Below are positions 26,412 to 39,289 of a stretch of 64,000 nt of DNA, piece by piece. Under the pieces are notes generated by a model. It had not been told where the DNA came from, did not search any database, and worked only from the letters and a program-made list of their open reading frames with translations. The DNA is from Felis catus. Lineage: Eukaryota. The stretch is from assembly GCF_018350175.1 (NCBI RefSeq), contig NC_058368.1, positions 162,876,001 to 162,940,000 on the forward strand, written 5' to 3'. Every line of letters begins with the position of its first letter. Position 1 is the first letter of the stretch. The translations under genes were made by a program, and so were the position numbers.

Positions 26412-26784
26412 TTTATAGCAGCTCAGGCTTCTATAGTAAAATATCATAGACTGGGTGGCTTAAACAATAAACACTTATTTCCCACAGTTCTGGAAGCTAA
26501 GTCCAAGATCAAGGTGCAGGTAGCTTTGATGTTTGGTGTGGGCTTCTTCCCAGATTGTAGATCATCACATTCTCAGTGTATCCTCACACAGAAAATTGAG
26601 GAAAGTCTTTGGTCTATTCCCCTTCTTAAAAGAACACTAATCCCATTATGGGGGTGGGGGATCCTACCCTCATGACATCACCTAAACCTAATTATTTCCT
26701 TAAGGCTCCACCTCCTAACACTATCACATTGGCTTCAACATATGAATTTAGTGGGGGGGGGGGGAACACATTCATTCCATAATA
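26412..26784 (-). mobile_element. MaLR solo LTR (MLT1A-like)
   Basis: CATAGACTGGGTGGCTTAAACAA...CACAGTTCTGGAAGCT...AAGTCCAAGATCAAGGTG...AACACATTCATTCCATAA. Confidence 0.85.
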
Positions 26785-29034
26785 ATCACTAAGTATAGTA
26801 TTAGCTGTATGTTTTCATAGTTACCTCCAATTTCTAGTTTCCTAGTTTATTAGGAATAGATGTGGCACTTTATCATGGGCCTTTTTGGCATCTATTGTGA
26901 TTATAGTTTTTTTTATTTTATTAATATGGTGGATTATATCAATCGATTTTCAGATATAAAAGCAATCTTACATTCCTCTGAAAAATCTTACTTGAACATA
27001 ATTTATTTTCCTTTTAATATACTCTTAGGTTCAACTTGCTAGAATTTTGTTAAAAGTTATTGCATCTATGTTCATGACAGAAATAAGTCTATATACTTTT
27101 CTTTTCTTACAAACTTTTTGTCTAGTTTTGATATCGAGATAATGCAAGTTTTATAGAATAAGTTGTGGAGCATACACTCCTTTTCAATTTTCTGGAAGAA
27201 TTTATGTAAAATCAGATATTGTTAAATGTTTGGTTTAATTCTCCAATAAAACCATTTGGGCCTGGAATTTTCTTTGTCAGAAGGTGCTTAAGTACAAATT
27301 TGATTTAGTAAATAAATCAAACATTTATTTTTTCTTAAATAAATCTGTGTCTTTTGAAGGATTTGCCCATTTCATGGAAGTTGTCAGATTTACGGGCATA
27401 AAGTTGTTTATAATATTACCCTACTATCCTTTTAATATTGGTAGAATCTATAAAAATATCACATCAGCTCTCTGACTCTTGATATTGGTAGTTTTCTCTA
27501 ACAGTTTAGCAATTTTATCCATCTTCTCAAAATTTCATCTGATTATATTTCCTCCATTGTTTTTTATCATTTCTACCTCACTAATTTCTGTTTAAATCTC
27601 AATTGTTTCCATTATTTTACTTACTTTGGGATCAATCTGCTTTGATGTTTCTAGTTTTTTAAGGTAGAAACAAATGTCATTGGCTTGAGACTTTTTTCTA
27701 ATACTGGCTGTACATTTTTCCCTAAGTACTGTTTCAGTGGCATTTTATAAATTTTGTTACATGTGTATTCATTTTCATTCACATCAAAACACTTTACAAT
27801 TTCCCTTCTGAAAAAATTATTTTAACACAAGTTGTTTAGAACTTTGTTATTCAGTTTCAAAATATTTGGGACTTTTCCAGAAATCTTTTTTTATTAATTT
27901 GTTTCTAACTTAATTTCATCATGGTTTGAAGATTTAATTTCATTATATGATTTAATCTTTTAAATTTACTGAGACTTGCTCTACAGAATATGGTTTACAT
28001 AGGGTTTCGAGTTTAAAAAGAATGTATATTCTTCTTTGACAGGTGAAGTGTTCTACAAATGTCAATCAGGTCAAACTGGTTGTTAGTGTTGTTCAAATCT
28101 TATGCATCATCACTGAGGTTTTTTTGCCTACTTCTATTATTAAGAGAAGAGTATTGAAATATCTGATTATATTTGTGGATTTCTACATGTCTACTTACAG
28201 TGTCTAAGTTTTTGCTTCACATATTAAACCTCTTTCATTAGGTTCATAAAAATCAAGAACTGTTTGAATTTTGATGAACTGATCATTCTATCATTACATA
28301 ATGACCTTATTTATTCCTGCTAATATTATTTGCTCTCAAATCTACTTGGTCTGATATCATACTCCAGCTTTCTTTAGATTACTGTTAATATGATACACCT
28401 TTCCCCATCCCTTTACTTATAATCTACTTGTGTCTATATTTGAAGCACATTTCTTTTACGCAACATATACATTGGGTCTTGCTTTAAAAAATCAAATTTA
28501 AAATTTTCTGCCTTTTAATTGAGATATTGCAACATTTACATTTAATGTGATTACTACTGTAGTTAGGTTTGAATCTATCCTTTATATTTGTTTTCTTTTT
28601 ATCTCTTCTTTGTTCTCTTTTTTGCCTAATTTGAGATTAAACAAATGTTTTTGTAAAATTCTATTTTAATTCATGTGTCAGCTTGACTTACTAGCTGTGA
28701 CTTTGTTATTTTAGTGGTGCTTCAGAGGTGATATTATACATCTTTAACTTAACACAGTTTACCAACATGTGATATTATAGCACTTCATGTAAGCCCATAA
28801 TATATGTTTATCTGTCTTAAACAATTATTTTTAAAGCGAGTTAAATAAGAAAAAATACTTACCTAAATAGTTACCATTTCCTTTGCTTTTCTTTCCTTTG
28901 TGTAGTTTATATTCTTATCTGGTATTTTACTTCAGCCAGACTTTTTAAACATTTCATGTAGGCTAAGTCTGTTGTTCAAATATTATTTACATTTTTTATG
29001 TGTAAAGTTATTTCTCCTTCACTTAAAAAAATCT

Positions 29035-29136
29035 TCACATGTATTTATCTTTGAGAGAGAGAGCACAGGTACAAGTGGGGAAGGGGCAGAGAGAGGGAGA
29101 CAGAGGATCTGAAGCAGGCTCTGTGCTGTGAGCACA
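29035..29136 (-). mobile_element. Partial CanSINE (3' half only)
   Basis: GA tract and GGATCTGAAGCAGGCTCTGTGCTG; head absent. Confidence 0.85.
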
Positions 29137-30494
29137 ATTTGATTATTATGTAGCATGGTGTAATTTTCTTCATGTTTCTTTTTCTGAGGGTTTGCTAAGT
29201 TTCTAGGTCTGTAGGTTTATGGTCTACATGAAATTTTTAAAATTTAAACATAATTTCTTCAAATATTTTTCTTTCTCCAAGGCCTTCCTTTGGAGACTCC
29301 AACTCTGTGTTTGGCTGGCCACCTGAAGTTGTCCAAATCATTGATGCTTTGTTTATTTTTGTTAATTCTCTTTTCTCTGTGTTTTTCTGTTGGATGTTTA
29401 TTATTAATAATTTCAAGTTTAAACTCCTGCAACGTCTATTCTGTCATTAATCTCATACATAGCATTTTTCTCAAACATCCTGGTTTTCATTTCTCTATGC
29501 TCAATTCGGTTTTTAAAAATGTCTTTTACTTTTTGAACATATGGAATACTGATATAATAACTGTGTTAACTCTGATAATATTAACATCCATGTCAGTTAT
29601 GGGTCATTTTTGATCAACTGGTTTAGCTTCTCATTATAGGTTGTAGTTTTCCGCTTCTTTGAATTCCTTGCAACATTTTAGTGAATATTGGACCTTCTAA
29701 ATTTTGATCTTTGATGCTGAATATTTTTGTCTTTTTGTGAACATCCTTAATCTTTGCTCTGAAATGCAGGTAATTTACTTGGAAACACTTTTATCTTTTT
29801 TAGTTTGATAGGCAGATTTGATAGGAACAGCCAGAATAGCACTCAGTTTACAATTATTATCCACTTCTGAGACAAGATCCCTGTGTATACTTTATGCACT
29901 GTGATTTTTGAGGTTTCCTAGTTGACTGATGAAAACAGATATTATTCCCAATCCTGTGTGAGAGGTATGCACTGTAATTCTAATTCTTTTGGTGGACTTA
30001 GACTCAAGAACTTTCTTCACATATATCATAGTTACTATTGCACTTAATACTTCAGGGGGTCTTCTGCAGATATATCCTCTAATACACAATCCTGTGAACT
30101 ATAGCCATATTGGTTTCTGAACCCTCAGCTCAATTTACTCAGTTAAAGGAATCAGGCAGAATCTGTCTCATTCCTACTCCCTGTGCCATGACCTTAAACC
30201 TCTATTAAGACAGTGAGCTGGAGGAATTACCTGGTTCACCTTAAATGTTTCTCCTTTCTCATGTATCACTGTCTTTCAATGACTAATTCCAATGTCTTGA
30301 AAAACACTGTTTCAATTTTATCAAATTCTTGGTTGTTTTTGGAAGAAGAGGAAATCTGTTATCCCATCTTGGCTGGAAGTGAAAGCTCAGAATTATTTCC
30401 AAATATAAATTTAGGATAAAGCCAAAAGGTCTTACTTTATATTATTAAAAACTGCCTATACTTCAAAATACTTTTAGATTGTTATATTCTGAAT

Positions 30495-31207
30495 TTTAAA
30501 CTATATATTTGAACAATTTTAGGTTTACATAATTGAGCATATACAGAGTTACCATTTTATATTAACAACAGAAGCAAATGTGAATCTTTGTTACTCTATA
30601 TCCTTGCTAGCATTTGGTTTTGTCAGTTTTCTGGATTTCAGTCAATGTGTTGGGGTATCTAATTGTTGTTTTTATCTTTAACTCCCTGATGCATATAACA
30701 CTGAACATATTTTCATTTGCTTATTAGCCTCTGTATATTCTTCTTAGTGAAGTGTCTGTTCAGATCTTTTGGCCATTTTTAATTGGGTTGTTTCTCTGTA
30801 AACTGATGAATTTTAAGAGTTCTTTAAATATTTTGGATATGTCCTGTATCAAATATGTATTTTTCCTCCAATTTGTGCATTGTCTTTTAATTCCATTAAG
30901 TGCCTTTCAGAGAGAAAGTTTTTAATTTTAATGACACTTAACATATCATTTTTTCCTTTCATGCTTTTTTTTGGTGTTATATATGAAATGTCATCATAAA
31001 ACCCAAGGTTACCTAGATTTTATCCTATGATATATTACAGAAATTATAATTTTGTGTTTTATATTTAGGTCTAGAGTCCATTTTGAGTTAGTTTTAATTT
31101 TTGTGAAGAGTATAAGTTCTCTCTCTAGATTTTTTTCTTGTTTTTTTTTTTTTTTTTTGCATGTACATTTTCAGTTTTTCTAGCACCATTTGTTGAAAAG
31201 ACTATCT
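30495..31207 (-). mobile_element. Old L1 3'/ORF2 C-terminal fragment
   Basis: GTGAAGTGTCTGTTCAGATCTTTTG; CTAGCACCATTTGTTGAAAAGACTATC. Confidence 0.8.
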
Positions 31208-34165
31208 TGGTTGCAATCCAAGATGGTGACAGAGTCTCTGGAACTCACCTCCTACTGAGGACACACCAAATCTAAAGCTATACAGAGAAATCCCCTGAGT
31301 AACTCATACAAATAGGGAAAATGAGAAAATACCATCACCCACACTGAAAGAGATAGGAAAACCTGAGACACACTTTCAGCATAAACCTCACCCCTGGCCA
31401 GTGCCTGATAATCAGGAAGGACCTCCCAACTAGCAACTTCTCCCTAAGCAGTGAAAAATATGGACCCCACATCTAGTGTGCCAACTTTTAAGGCTCACAC
31501 CTGAGTTACACCTGAGTCTTAAACACACCCAAAACACTTAGTTCCAAAAACTATTGGGGCTTGCATCCACAGGTGAACAAGATTGAAAGAAATAAACATT
31601 TCTTAACAGGCTCTGCAGACTCACCATGGCTATCTCCCCATGGGCAAAAAATGCCCATCTCTGTCTGCCTGAAAGATCCTATCTGCGTACTTTAAAACCT
31701 GCTACCAGAGGATTAGGCTTCTAATTTAACATCTATCCAGGGGCTCACCACAATCCCCCCAAGGAAAGAGCCCCTTGATGGCAGGACTCTGGTAACCAAC
31801 AGAGCTTGCAGAGTTCCACAGTACTGCAGCAAACAAAGAAACAGTTCTTAACCAGCTATCCCTACAGGGTTCATGCAGAGTGGGGGGGCGGGGGGGGGGA
31901 GACAAAATATACCCATTTTTTAGATTTCTCCTGAAAGAGGCCTATTTGAATACTTTAAAAGCAGCTGCCTGAAGATCAGGCTTCTAATTTAGAAGGCATG
32001 TAGGGGCTGACTGCAATCCTCCCCAGAGATGAGAGAAGCCATCAGACATTACCTTTGCCTTCTCATGTCAGCTCACTACAAATTGCCAGTGTTTCCCTAG
32101 AAGTAACTTATACATATGCTGGCATCCCAGCTTTTGTGGCTGCCACCCAAGGGATGGGTTTCTGGGTAGGCTGGTTCTCACATCCAAAAGGGCTTGCAGT
32201 GATGAGTTCCAAGGGACCATAGTAGACAAAGACAAAAAAAGCAATTATGAATGTGCACAGGAGTACCCCCTGCTGCTATACACTCAACCCTAACAAAGGT
32301 GGAGCAGACAAAATAACTAAACTCCAATTTCTCCCTGGAAGGGTCCAAACTATATTTTCTTACTGCCTGAGGTCCAGATTGAGGTCCAATCAGCCTAAAT
32401 CGAGGTGTTGACTAGTGTCCCTTTGGGACACTGACAGGTCTAGGCACATCCTCGACTAACAGGGCCCATTAAAAACAAAGAAGGTAGTTTAAACAATCAC
32501 AAAAGTTTGAGAGACAAGCAAGAGCTCAAGCCTGGCTGAATGATTAATACCATCTATTTATAATTATAGGTAAGACAATAGTTGTAGATAAGGTTAACCT
32601 GGTTAATATAGTTATTAAATAATTATAACTACAAGAATTTGTTAATGCATACACAAGGTAAAAAGACATAAATTGTGACATCAACAACCAATAGAATGTA
32701 GAGTGAGCATAAAAATTTAGAGCTTCAGTATGTGTTCAAGGTTAAGCTCTTATCAGCTTAAAACTGTTAAAAATATAAGATATTTTATGTAACATGCTAA
32801 CCAGAAAGCAAAAGCCTATAGTAGACACACAAAAGATAAAGACAAAGCAACCTGAGCATACCACTACAGAAAATCATCAAACTATAAGAAGGAAAGCAAG
32901 ACAAAAAGAATAGGACTAAAAACCAGCCAGAAACAATTAACAAAATGGCGATATATACATACATACCTATCAATAATTACTTTAAATGTAATGGACTAAA
33001 TTCTCCAATCAAAAGACATAGAATGATTGAATGGATTTAAAAAAAAAAACAAAAAACTGTATGCCTTCTACAAGAGACTCACGTCAGATGTATGGACACA
33101 CAAACACTGAAAGTAAAGAGATGAAAAAAGATATTCCATGCAAATGGAAGCCAAAAGAAAGCTGTGGTAGCTAATTTATATGAGACAGAGTAGACCAAAA
33201 ACTGTTACAAGAGACAAATATCATGTTATAATGAAAAAGAATCAATCCAATAACAATTCAGTTGCAAATATTTATTTATCCAACAGAGGAATATCTAATA
33301 CATAAAACAAATTTTAGCAGACCTAAAGGGAAAAATAGACAGAAATATAATAATAGTAGGGAACTTCAGCACCCTACTTTCAACAAGGGATAAATCATCC
33401 AGAGAGAAAATCAGTAAAAACAAACAAACAAAAAATAAACATTGGATTTAAACTACACATTGGCTCAGACCTACAGATGAACATTCCATCTACAGCAGGA
33501 GAATACCTATTCTTCTTGATGCATATGGAACATTCTCCAAAATAGATCGTATAGTAGGCTATAAAACAAATCATTAAATTTAAGAAGAGTACAATAGTAT
33601 GAAACCAGAAATCAATTTAAAGAAGAAAACTAGAAAAATCACAACTATGTGGAGATTTAAACACATGCTACTGAACAACTAATGCACCAAAGAAGAAATC
33701 AAAAGAGAAATTAAAAAAAAAATACCTTGAGATAAATGAAAATGGAAAGGTAACATTCCAAAGACTATGGGGTATGGGAGGCAGCTAAAGAAATTCTGAG
33801 AGAAGTTCACAGTGATAAATGCCTACATTAAGAAAAAAGAAAGCTCTCAAATGAACAACCTAATTCTACACCCCAAGGAACTGGAAAAACAACAAATTAA
33901 GCTCCAAGTTAGTTGAAGGAAGGAAATAACAAAGATCAGAACAGAAATAAATGAGATAAAGACTAATAACACAATAGAAAAGGTCTATGAAACTAAAAGC
34001 TGGTATTTTTTTAGAGAAAAATGTAATAGACAAACCTTCGGATTTGCCAAGAAAAAAAAAGAGAACTCAAATGAATGAAATTGTGAATGAAGGAGACATC
34101 ACAAATGAGACAACACAAATACAAAAGATCATGAGAGGACTGTGAAAAATTACATGCCAAACAAT
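31208..34165 (+). mobile_element. L1 with 5'UTR and EN-region relic; ORF1 largely deleted; 3'-truncated
   Basis: Begins with CCAAGATGG (L1 5' start/YY1-like motif); ORF2 start ATACCTATCAATAATTACTTTAAATGTAATGG at about 32960; ends AAAATTACATGCCAA. Confidence 0.8.
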
Positions 34166-34659
34166 TGTTCTTTCTTGCTTTCTTGCTTTCACCTTTCCTT
34201 CTTTTTCCTTTCTTTCTTTCTTTTTTTTTTTTTTTTGCCTCCTCTGGATTTGAGTATTTTACGAGATTCTATTTTCTCTCATCTGTTAGCATAGCAATTA
34301 TACTTTTAAAAATGTTTTAGTGATTTTCCTAGAATTTCCAGGATGTAAGCAAGTCTGCTTTCAAATAACACCATACTACTTCGTGGGTAGTGCACATACC
34401 TTATAAAAGACTATTCTCAACTCCTCCCTCCTCTTGTATAAGATTTCTATTATCCATTTCACTATCCATAAACTATAAACATTTAACCTCTTATCACCAT
34501 TATTTTGAACATGTTATCTATTACACCAATTAAAAATTAAAAAATTATTATACCTTCATTTATTCATTCTCTGATGTTCTTCATTTCTTTATATAAACTC
34601 AAATTTCTCACTCATATCATTTTTCTTTTTTCTGAAAACTTCTTTATACATTTCTTACT

Positions 34660-34873
34660 GGAGGGCCTGAGTGGCTCATTCAGTCAAGCATCCGACTTTT
34701 GGTTTTGGCTCAGGTCATGACCTCATGGCTTCATGGGTTTGAGCCCTGTGTGTGGCTCTGCATTGGCAGCATGGAGCCTGCTTGGGATGCTCTCTCTCTC
34801 TCCTCTCCCTACCCCTCCCTCACTGGCACTGTCTCTGTCTCTCTCAAAAGAAATAAACTTAAAAACAAAAAAC
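34660..34873 (+). mobile_element. Older CanSINE
   Basis: Head and CT tract; TSD ACATTTCTT at 34648 and 34874. Confidence 0.9.
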
Positions 34874-35047
34874 ACATTTCTTGCGAGGCAGGTTTACTTG
34901 CAAAGCATGTTTCTTTGTTTCTGTAGGTGAACTCAAATTTCTAATCATACCATTTTTCTTTTTTCTGAAGAACTTCATTAAATGCTTCTTGCAAAGCAGG
35001 TTTACAATTCCATTATTTTTTTAACCTGAGAATATCTTTATTTCCAC

Positions 35048-35239
35048 TTTTTTTTTTTTGAGAGAAAGAGAGAATGAAAGAGAAGGAGCACACACAAGCA
35101 GGGAAGGGGCAAAAGCAGAGGGAGGGAGACACTCTTAAGCAGCCTCCACGCTGATGCAGGGCTGGATTGCACCACTGTGAGATCATGACTCCAGCAGAAA
35201 TCGAGTCAGAAGCTTAACCTAATGAGTTATCCAGGCATC
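35048..35239 (-). mobile_element. Older CanSINE
   Basis: Poly-T, GAGATCATGAC and degenerate reverse head. Confidence 0.8.
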
Positions 35240-38200
35240 TTTCTGCTTTATTTTTGAAGGATAGTTTCATTGCACACAGAATTCTAGGTTAATGATTTTT
35301 TTCAATCTTTTAAATATTTCATTCCACTCTCTTCTTGCTTGTATGGTTTCTCAATAAGTCTGTATTAAATACTCCTCAATCATATATCAGTGAGGTTTGT
35401 TTCTCCTGGCTTCTTTCAGGATTTTTGTCATTATTTTCTCATTCTGGAGTTTGAATATGATATGCCTAAGTGTCAGTTGTTTGGTATTTATCCTTCTTGA
35501 AGTTCTCTGAGCTTTCCATATCTATATTTTGGTGTTTGTTATTAATTACGAAAAATTCTCAGCCATTATGTGACCCACCTCTTCAGTCCCACTCTCCTCC
35601 TTCTGGTGTTTGCCTTATCATTTGTTATATCTGTGTAATTGATGCACAGTTCTTGGATATCTGTCCCAGCTTTTTTTTTTTTTCATCTTTTTTTTTTCTG
35701 TGTGTTTTTCAGTTTGAGAAGTTTCTATTGACATATCTTCACAGTCATGGATACTTTCCTCAGTCCTCTGCAGTCTGATGGCCCCATGAAAGGGATTCTT
35801 CATTTCTCTTCTAGTGTTTTTGCCTTCTGGTATTTACTTTTGATTTTTTCTTACAACTTCTATTTCTCTACCTAAATTACCTATCTTTTCTTTCATGTTG
35901 CCCACTTTTTTGCATACAACCCTTAGCATATTAATCATAGCTATTTTATGTTCCTAGTCTGGTCATTTCTAAACCTGTGCCATATCTGAGTCTGGTTCTG
36001 ATGTTTACTGTGTTTTTCAGTCTGTGTATTTTCTTCCCTTTTAGAATGCCTTAAATGTGTTTGTTTAAAGGCAGACATTATTAGGTTACCAAGAACAGAG
36101 GTAAATAGGCCTTTTAGTGTGAGGTTTTTATGTTTATCTGTGTAGGAATTAGGCTGTGTTTAAAGTTTGTTGTAGTTACAGGTGTCAAAGGCCTCTGTTT
36201 TCCATGGCATCCTCATTCTGTCTTCCAGGCTGTCCTGGGTTGCCCTAGAATCTTTTTATCAAACAGTGCATACATTGCAGCTCTCTCAGTTGTAATTCTC
36301 TATTATTACTAGGTATCTGTTGTGGTGGTGGTAAGATATTCTTGAGGGAAAGCATTCTATAATATTATGATTAAATCTTAGATTTTATGTCTCTCCCTGC
36401 CCCAGTGGGCCTGAGTCTCTAGGCTGTGAACTTCAGAAGTTTTTCTTAGCTTTTTTTCTCCCTTTCCTTATATAAAATAGGAAGGTTATAAAATGGTTGA
36501 CTGGTCTAATTGCCCTCCTTTTTAAAGTTTGGCAAGAGAAACTCTGAGAAAGTGGTTTCCCTGCAGGGTAGACTCTTGTTACAAAGAACAGACTTCTTGT
36601 GGGCATATTTCAAATGGTTACTTTCCCTCTCCTCCTGCCTAAAACACAAGAGGATTTTTCTCCCAGTTTCCACTGTTAGAACCTGGTGGAGCACCTGGAT
36701 GTAAGAGTCATGAAAGTGTGCAGGGTCTTCCCATGACTGAGTCCCCCGGAGTCTTTAACTCTCAAATTATTCCATGTTCCACATCTACCAATTAGTCAAG
36801 TACTGTTTAATATTCAGTTCCAACGGCTTCTGTTTCCAGTAAACTGCAATTCTCTCTATTTGCCTATCTCTCCAGTTTAGGGGACAGTACTTTGCCCAGT
36901 TTGCCCTCTGTTGTTGATTTTTTATTTGTCCAAACCTTTTCTAATTGTGAGGATGGGAGTGATGACTTACAAGCACTTTAATATTGGAATAGAAACTATA
37001 AGTCCTATTGTTCTTTATTATTTCTCACTACACTTACTAATATAAAAACAATCTTAGTGTGCAGACCATACAAAGACAGGAAATATCGATGTATACCTGA
37101 GCTACATAGATACCTAAACTATATGTGTATCTATACTTACTTTTCTACTTCAAGTTGATATTTTACCACTCTGTTTAAAATGTATAAGTCTCATAACCAC
37201 AGATGTCCATTTTTTCTGTCCCTTAGGTTACAGTTGTCACACATATTATATCTACAACCTTCAATGATCTCCACCAATGTTGTACTTTTGGTTTTCAATA
37301 GTTACATATATCTTAAACTTAAGATGAAAAAGTTAGTCTATTTACTAGTGTATTTATCACTTCTTTTACTCTTCCTTTATCTTTCAAGTTTCAAGTTTTC
37401 CTCTAGGATTATTTTGCTTTAAACTGAAAAAAAAAACTTAATAATTTCTTTTAGAGCTAACAACTAATTTTATTATCCTTCACCTGAGAATAGCTTTACT
37501 TGATTTTCATTCTTGAAAGATATTATCACTGGATTAATGATTAAAGAGTCAAGAGTTTGTTATTTTTTTTTTCTTTCAGAATTCTAAACATATTGTTCTA
37601 CTCTTTTCTGAACCCATGGTTTCTGAAGAGAAATTCAGTCATTTGTATTACTGCTCATATCAATATTATGTTAACATTCTTATTTGATAATGACGACATC
37701 TGGATCCCCTGTGGGTCTATTCTATCATCTGTTCTGTCTCATAACTTTTGGTCACATCCTTGATCTGCTCGGTAATTTTTTGTAATGCAAGACCTTTGCC
37801 TATGATACTTTACAACTAGCTGTGTTTGATATTATCTTTTTTTTTTTTTTTTAGAGTGTTGTATCTTTCTGCCAATAGTTAGAGTGCTGGCTGACTAAAT
37901 CAATCCAATCAGAGACCAGATTAACTCCTGGCTAAGCTATGGTACTTCAGGAAGGCCCTCACTGTTAGGTCTGAGCCTGGGAGAGATACCAATTGAGAAC
38001 ACATAGTGTTCACCACAGTTCCTCTCCACTCCACCCCCACAATATTCTGAAGTCACTCTGATCTACAGAGTATCACAATACTGCTAGAATTTTTCCTCTA
38101 CTTTCTACAAGATTTTTGCTTGTTGTCAGCTTCTTACTTCATAATGCAGCATATATATTGAATGAAAACCCAACAGAATGTTGTCTTATTTATCTCCCTC

Positions 38201-39093
38201 CTATCTCTGATATCCCGCCCAGCCCTATTTTTGTCTCTTTAGGTTGATACATCTGTCAAAAGGTGTGATTTCTCATTATTTAACTAGATGCTTTCTGACC
38301 AGACCTTTGCCCAAATTCTTGGCTTCTTGCCAACATCAAGAATTAGAAAATATCTCTAGAAGTATCCAACTGCAGAAAATTCCTTCTTTTCTTAAGGGTC
38401 TGCCTTATTCTAGAATTTTGGCCTTTAAATTCCTATTTGCCAAATAATCCTCTGATGCCCTTTAAACAAACCTTTTAAACTCTATTCAGTTTTCTGGGGT
38501 TGTTCTCAGTGGGAGCACTGGTCGGCCACAAGCTACTCCGAAATGAAAGTCTTATTTTCTTTACTGATTTTACTTGCTCAGTCCTTAGGTTTTCTATTTG
38601 AATTCTGTTCCCCTGTGTTTAATACCAATCTCTGCCAAGTTCTTTAAGTTTTCGCAAGTTTAGCTTAAAGAATGCGTTACTTACAAGTACTATCAGATGT
38701 ACTTCAGTTCCCTTCTATGATGTCTATAAAAAGGCAGACATACTAATTCAGGAACACAAGATAAGGCTTTGTATAGACAGCATTGTCTCCTACTATTAGT
38801 CACTTTAATACAGAATATTACTTCTACATCCTGACTCATGTCAATGGTTTTTTTTATTACTTTATGAATGCATAAATAGTCATGTCACAAACTATCATCA
38901 TGATATTTCTGCCCTTAATATAAAAGGTGAAACTTTATATTTCTTATATAAAGGTGAAGCTTTATATTTCTTTTACATGTTGAATAATTCCAAGAATGGA
39001 ACAAACATACAGGGTTACTAGATAAATAATTATTAACTGAAAAATACATTGTTAGTTCAAATGTAAAATCCTGATATACAAAATAATATTTAC

Positions 39094-39289
39094 CCGTCAT
39101 AATCTTCATTGATCCCAGCAAATGGTATTGTATCACAGCGTACAAAAATTACAAACCCAAAGAATACAAGTGATATAACAGATGTAACGATTGTAAATCT
39201 CATAAGGGCTTTACAAGACATGTGTAACTTGGAAACAATGATACCTCCCAGAAGCTGGCCAAGCGCACCTCCTGGAAGCAAAACAAAGC
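39094..39289 (-). CDS. SLCO6A1: SLCO6A1 coding exon, 196 bp (probably exon 8): (G)FVLLPGGALGQLLGGIIVSKLHMSCKALMRFTIVTSVISLVFFGFVIFVRCDTIPFAGINEDYD(G)
   Basis: Long polypyrimidine tract then CTTTTAG|GC; donor GACGG|GTAAAT; phase 1 in, phase 2 out; two hydrophobic helices; lies within ORF 39090..39380. Confidence 0.93.

Larger units (their letters stand above)
24378..30385 (-). mobile_element. Old L1 (L1M-type; 3' end to ORF1/5' region), degenerate
   Basis: 3' end TTTATTGAGGTATAACT; TATTCCCACCAGCAGTGTATAAGAGTT; TTGCATCTATGTTCATGA; AAAAAGAATGTATATTCT. Confidence 0.8.
34170..37005 (-). mobile_element. Old L1 inter-ORF/ORF1/5' region
   Basis: TTTTGAAGGATAGTTTC...AGAATTCTAGGTT; TCAGTTTGAGAAGTTTCTATTGACATATCTTC; the antisense ORF 35618-35803 is ORF1-like. 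Confidence 0.75.
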
